A stretch of 64,000 nucleotides of DNA from an uncultured Acidimicrobiaceae bacterium (GTDB taxonomy: Bacteria > Actinomycetota > Acidimicrobiia > Acidimicrobiales > MedAcidi-G1): NCBI GenBank assembly GCA_913053885.1, contig CAJXGE010000002.1, forward strand, positions 32,298-96,297. Reading direction: 5' to 3'. Both the position numbers and the translations under genes were made by a program. This document shows positions 59,739-64,000 of this stretch, piece by piece (within the stretch, counting starts at the first letter, position 1; every line of letters starts with the position of its first letter). The notes under the pieces were generated by a model. It did not search any database and was not told the DNA's origin. It was given only the letters and a program-made list of their open reading frames with translations.

Positions 59739-60382
59739 CCACGTCTCCAATGAGAAATATAAGAAGGTAATTCACGTTCTCCTCCTGACAATTCAGGTTC
59801 TGGCTCTCCTACTGAGATACCAAGTGGTATCACTCCTGCCCAAGCAGGAGAAGTGAAATCGCCGAAGTCGTCTATCGGAGGTCCTGATCTTACTTTCATT
59901 GAATATTCTTCAAGAGGTAAAGAGAGCACAGTCGTTGCTTTCACTTCTTTCTCTGTGTTGGCTCTCACATCTTGCATTCGCCCTGGAATACCATGCTCTA
60001 CTATTGCATCTAAGGCCTCGGCTTTTTCTTCGTGATCAATGATCTCTTGGGCATTTCCAAAAATAACTACAGATCGATAATTCATAGAAATGTTTACTGC
60101 TGCGCGAGCTAACACCAATCCATCTAAGAGAGTTACTTCTACGCATACTTCTATGCCCTTCTTCGTTTCTCGCAAAAGCCTGCTCGCGACAGAACCGTGT
60201 AACAGCAAATGGTCTTCTTTTCGTGCGTAGAACATTGGAATAACAAGCGGATAGGATCTGTCTTCTTCCTCACAAATAATTCCAACATGCGCCACTAGGC
60301 CTTCATCGAGTACTGAATAAAGTTCGGATTTCTCTTCTACTCCACGTTCAGGTTTACGTTTGATCGTTGACCGATCACTCAC
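59735..60382 (-). CDS. Pyridoxamine 5'-phosphate oxidase-like flavin-binding protein
   Basis: PLVIP, LLLHGS, VTLLDGLVLAR, SMNYRSVVIFG, WAGVIP; GGAGG RBS before GTG 60382. Confidence 0.88.
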   Translation of the reverse strand: MSDRSTIKRKPERGVEEKSELYSVLDEGLVAHVGIICEEEDRSYPLVIPMFYARKEDHLLLHGSVASRLLRETKKGIEVCVEVTLLDGLVLARAAVNISMNYRSVVIFGNAQEIIDHEEKAEALDAIVEHGIPGRMQDVRANTEKEVKATTVLSLPLEEYSMKVRSGPPIDDFGDFTSPAWAGVIPLGISVGEPEPELSGGERELPSYISHWRRG

Positions 60383-60497
60383 TTTCACACCTCCAAGATC
60401 ATGTTCAAAAGAACTTATCACTGAATTATTTGAAAATACTTGAAAAAGAATGACCACTTGTGAGTATTTCTCATAACTTTCTGGTTGACTGTCTGCG

Positions 60498-61391
60498 GTG
60501 CCTTATCAAATTGCTGCTCTTCTCGCTGCCACCTGCTGGTCACTTAGCAGCCTCATTCTTGCTGAGCCTGTACGTCGACTTGGTGGGCCTCGATTCTGTA
60601 GATTACGGATGCTTTACGTCAGCTTTGCTTTACTAATCATCTCTATTTTCAGAAATCAGTGGGAAACAATTGAAATTGGAGATTTCTGGCTCATCACACT
60701 TTCCGCCATTGTTGGTCTTGTCGTGGGCGATATAGGTCTTTTTACTGCTATGGCGCGCATCGGACCAAGACGCACTTCAGTCTTATTCACCACAAATGCC
60801 CCGATGGCTGCAGTAGGAGGAGTTCTGTTATTTGATGAAGTTCTACGTTCTTGGGCTCTACTGGGCGCAGTATTGACTGTACTTGGTGTGATGTTGGCGG
60901 TTAATTACGGAACAAACCAAGATGTTAAAGACTCCGTCTTTGAAAAAATAGACGGCTCTTTAAAAGTCGGAGTTTTCTGGGCAAGTCTTGGGGCGTTTGG
61001 GCAAGCTATTGGAGCATTAGCCGCTAAACCAGTTCTTGATCATGGCGCTGACACTTTGACGGTAGCTACTTTGAGAGTGTTAATTGCCACTCCCCTAATG
61101 TGGCTGCTAGCGAATCCAACAGACAAACTGGCTTCAGCTCCTGAGAAAGAGCCAGTGGTAAATATGGACTGGTTAAAATTAGTTGCTAGCGGCACTTTAG
61201 CCATGGTACTTGGCATGAGTTTTCTGCTTTACGCTATAGGCAACGGAGACACAGGAATTGCAAGCATTCTCGGTGGAACGACTCCTGTAATTATGTTGCC
61301 CTTACTTTGGATTGCGACCCGGCGTGCTCCTGCTTTGGGTGCTTGGGTTGGAGCAATACTTTCTATATTCGGCATTGCTTTAATGATGTAA
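60498..61391 (+). CDS. DMT/EamA family transporter
   Basis: About 10 TM segments in two repeats, GLVVGD, IGPRR, DE. Confidence 0.88.
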   Translation: MPYQIAALLAATCWSLSSLILAEPVRRLGGPRFCRLRMLYVSFALLIISIFRNQWETIEIGDFWLITLSAIVGLVVGDIGLFTAMARIGPRRTSVLFTTNAPMAAVGGVLLFDEVLRSWALLGAVLTVLGVMLAVNYGTNQDVKDSVFEKIDGSLKVGVFWASLGAFGQAIGALAAKPVLDHGADTLTVATLRVLIATPLMWLLANPTDKLASAPEKEPVVNMDWLKLVASGTLAMVLGMSFLLYAIGNGDTGIASILGGTTPVIMLPLLWIATRRAPALGAWVGAILSIFGIALMM

Positions 61392-61425
61392 TTTTTTTAC
61401 CTTTAATTGATCTAACATCAGTTTG

Positions 61426-62667
61426 ATGTTTGATGTAGTGGTTATTGGTGGAGGTCTTATTGGGGCCTCAGCAACTCGACATCTTTGTAAGGCCGGTTTG
61501 TCAGTAGCAGTTATTGCCCCACCTGAACCTGATAGCCCGATCAGTCACCGGGGGCCTTTCGGGGCCTACTACGATGTCTCTCGTTCGTCTCGAACTCTTT
61601 ATGTTGATCCAGTCGAATTGGAACTGTCGAGAAGAGCTCAAGCAGCTAATCCTGAAATAGAAGATTTTTCAAACGAAAAAGTATTTTTTGGTGAGGGTCA
61701 TCTTCTTGTAGCTAAGCGAGAAGATTATGAAGAATTGTTCACCCTTTTTGAAGATCCTTCTTATTCGCACCTCGCAGAAGTTTTTGATGCAAATGGCTTA
61801 AGGAAAAAATGGCCGGAACTCTACTTCCCACCAGACTATCTGGGGTTATATGAGTTAGATAGCACAGGAATTTTGAACCCACGAAAACTAGTAGAAGCCC
61901 AACTTTCTGCTGTTACCTCCTATGGGGGCAAGATTTTCTCTTCTGTTGCAAAAAATTTAGAAATCAAAAACAATTGTTTTGTTGAATTGGAGGACTGCTC
62001 TGTTCTGGAGGCAAACAAAGTCTTGATATGTGCAGGAGCGTGGTCTAATTCCTCTCGGCTGCTCCCACGCTCTTTAGCTTTAAGAATGAAAACTGAAACA
62101 GTTCTTCTAGCAGAAGTTGATTCTGACGAATCTGAACGTCTAGCCAAATTGCCTGCCATGCATTATGAAATTTCTGATGCGGCGGTAGCTGATATTTATG
62201 CTGTTCCTCCTCAGGCGTATCCCGATGGGCGAACGCTAATTAAATGGGGGGCAAACACTCTCGCAGATACCTGGATTGAGGATGCTGAGAGTATTAATCA
62301 TTGGTACAGGCAGGGAGACAGCGATCAAATTATTGATTCGGTCAAAACTTCTATGGAACGCACTTACCCTGAAATAAAAGTCAAAGACTGGCTTACAAAT
62401 AGGTGTGTTATTACTTACACGACTCATGGACTTCCCTACATTGATTCGTTAGTTGACAATCAGGTTTATGTCGCTATTGGAGGAAACGGGAGATCAGCAA
62501 AATGGGCTGATCCTTTAGGCGCTTTAGCAGCGAGTTTAACGATTGCAAATCATTGGGTTGATCCGCTGCCTGCTAGCAGATTTGAAGCCGTTTTTGAAAA
62601 TCAGCCGACTAACTGGGTAGGAAGAAGATTATTGAAACAACGAAATTGTGCCCTCGGTGGGACTTGA
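61426..62667 (+). CDS. FAD-dependent oxidoreductase (monomeric sarcosine oxidase / DAO family)
   Basis: VVVIGGGLIG, GILNP, CAGAW, LPYID, GGNGRSAK. Confidence 0.85.
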   Translation: MFDVVVIGGGLIGASATRHLCKAGLSVAVIAPPEPDSPISHRGPFGAYYDVSRSSRTLYVDPVELELSRRAQAANPEIEDFSNEKVFFGEGHLLVAKREDYEELFTLFEDPSYSHLAEVFDANGLRKKWPELYFPPDYLGLYELDSTGILNPRKLVEAQLSAVTSYGGKIFSSVAKNLEIKNNCFVELEDCSVLEANKVLICAGAWSNSSRLLPRSLALRMKTETVLLAEVDSDESERLAKLPAMHYEISDAAVADIYAVPPQAYPDGRTLIKWGANTLADTWIEDAESINHWYRQGDSDQIIDSVKTSMERTYPEIKVKDWLTNRCVITYTTHGLPYIDSLVDNQVYVAIGGNGRSAKWADPLGALAASLTIANHWVDPLPASRFEAVFENQPTNWVGRRLLKQRNCALGGT

Positions 62668-62730
62668 ACCCACATGTCCTAGAACCGGAGATTTTAAGTC
62701 TCCTGCGTATGCCAATTCCGCCACGAGGGC
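62649..62730 (-). tRNA. tRNA-Leu (anticodon TAA), CCA not encoded
   Basis: Reverse complement folds as acceptor GCCCTCG/CGAGGGC, D-arm GCGGAATTGGCATACGC, anticodon arm GGAGA-CTTAAAA-TCTCC, long variable arm, T-arm GTGGG-TTCAAGT-CCCAC. Confidence 0.96.
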
Positions 62731-62801
62731 TTAATACCGAGTCCACGCTAGTTTCTTATCTAGTAGTGCCAAACCTAGAGAACATAAAACTATTGAATTA
62801 T

Positions 62802-63104
62802 TTAAGCAGCTAGTTGTTCTTCGTCTACAGCACGCCAGAGTGCAGATCTAGCAATATCTGCGCGAGATCCTGAAAGTTCATTCGTTACAATCACTCCTTC
62901 AACCATGTCTGCTACCACTGCTCCCCACGGTCTTTCTCTTACTGCTACGGAGACAACGACACTCTCTCCGTTTCTCCGAATAGACCTCTGAACTCCAAGT
63001 AGGCCTGGTGGGCTTCGAAATACTGGAACTCCCAAAGCTAGGTGCCTGCACGCGCGTCCTAAAGTTCGTACTGTGTCTGCGAATCTATAGGTCTTTGCTT
63101 CCAT
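62802..63104 (-). CDS. Small hypothetical protein
   Basis: ORF MEAKTYRFA...PVFRSPPG...RERPWGAVVADMVEGVIVTN; fills the gap between the tRNA and the nuclease gene. Confidence 0.65.
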   Translation of the reverse strand: MEAKTYRFADTVRTLGRACRHLALGVPVFRSPPGLLGVQRSIRRNGESVVVSVAVRERPWGAVVADMVEGVIVTNELSGSRADIARSALWRAVDEEQLAA

Positions 63105-63141
63105 CACCACAAGTGTCTCATCTAGGTGTGACAATGGAAGA

Positions 63142-64000
63142 GTGAGTGAATCAAAAGATGCAGATATTCAAGATCTGAATCCCGCGCAGAAAACCGTTTT
63201 AGACCAACTTGGTTCCGCACCAGATGACCGCCCAGTTTTTGCTGAGGATATTGGACACCATATTAGAAGAGCATTAGAGACCGCTGCTGAGCCATATCTC
63301 TCTTCTCTTCCCTCTAATCAGGATCTTTTTCTTTCCAAATATGAACTTGGCCAAATCCATGGTTGCCAAACCAAATACATGGCGGAGCGTGAAGAAGAAT
63401 TTGAGTGGGCGGTAAATATTGCACGTGGAAGTATTGTTCACAAAGCAGTTGAACTTTCTATGAACTGGCGAAAGGAAATCGAACCTTCCGCTTTAATTGA
63501 TGAGTCACTTGCACGTTATGAACAAGATTCAGGAAGTCTTGGATACTGGCTGCAAGGCTGTTCAGAAGTTGAAAGAGCAGAACTCCGTTCAGAATCTCTT
63601 GATGCCTTTACAAAGTTTCTTGAATGCTGGCCTCCGCTTAAGCCAGCTTGGCGGCCCGTGAGTGAAAGTCGGCTTAGAGCTGAATTGTGTGACGGAAAAC
63701 TTGTTCTTTCGGGGCGTGCAGATTTGACTCTGGGAAGAGCGGAAGGCTTTCGAGCTGGAAAAGTCATTATTGATTTCAAAACTGGAAACTTCGCTCCGCT
63801 TCATGTTGAAGATCTCAGATTCTACGCATTGATTGAGACGTTACGCATGGGGGTTCCACCTCGACTATTAGCAACTTACTATTTAGATTCTGCCCAGTTT
63901 TCTCCTGAAGCAGTGACTGAGGAAATTCTCATGTCTACTGTTGTTCGAGTTATAGATGCAGTTGAGAAATACACTGCGCTTATTTATGAGAATCAGGTTC
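63142..64000 (+). CDS. PD-(D/E)XK (RecB/AddB-like) nuclease family protein, 3' end outside window; absent from the ORF track
   Basis: Open frame from GTG 63142 to the window end: LSKYEL..IHGC, RGSIVHKAVE, VSE, LSGRADL, IIDFKTG, DLRFYAL. Confidence 0.85.
   Translation, partial: MSESKDADIQDLNPAQKTVLDQLGSAPDDRPVFAEDIGHHIRRALETAAEPYLSSLPSNQDLFLSKYELGQIHGCQTKYMAEREEEFEWAVNIARGSIVHKAVELSMNWRKEIEPSALIDESLARYEQDSGSLGYWLQGCSEVERAELRSESLDAFTKFLECWPPLKPAWRPVSESRLRAELCDGKLVLSGRADLTLGRAEGFRAGKVIIDFKTGNFAPLHVEDLRFYALIETLRMGVPPRLLATYYLDSAQFSPEAVTEEILMSTVVRVIDAVEKYTALIYENQV

Noticed and set aside
62649-62730. bldA-like regulatory role for tRNA-Leu(UAA), or identity as tRNA-Sec
   Set aside because: TTA codons are common in this window, so no rare-codon control; anticodon is TAA, not TCA, with a normal 7-bp acceptor stem
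63142-64000. Cas4 / CRISPR locus or prophage at the tRNA
   Set aside because: No repeats, cas1/cas2, integrase or att duplication visible in the window

Overview
Gene-dense, roughly 45% GC (estimated by eye) bacterial chromosome segment. Gene content (alpha2-type GlyRS, F420-dependent LLM, actinobacterial-type SufB, PhoH/YbeY/Era/UppS/RecO, many leaderless genes) suggests an actinobacterium, probably a marine Acidimicrobiia-like lineage; this is inference. It holds about 58 CDS, one tRNA-Leu(TAA) and several hairpins; I saw no mobile element, rRNA or CRISPR array. Highlights: (1) a TetR-flanked four-gene lipid operon (fatty acyl-CoA reductase-HAD fusion, Zn-dehydrogenase, divergent LarA-family protein, PlsC acyltransferase), a candidate bacterial ether-lipid pathway with new chemistry; (2) two selenoprotein genes that the ORF track splits at in-frame TGA codons, a UGSC protein with a GrdB/PrdB-like active site coupled to a thioredoxin-fusion partner, and an Rdx (SelW-like) CxxU protein, both with similar SECIS-like hairpins; (3) a PPDK homologue lacking its ATP-grasp domain; (4) a MacAB-like system whose adaptor carries an apparently circularly permuted Calx-beta array; (5) a betA plus DmdA-like demethylase pair. 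All functional calls come from motif recognition by eye; no database searches were run.
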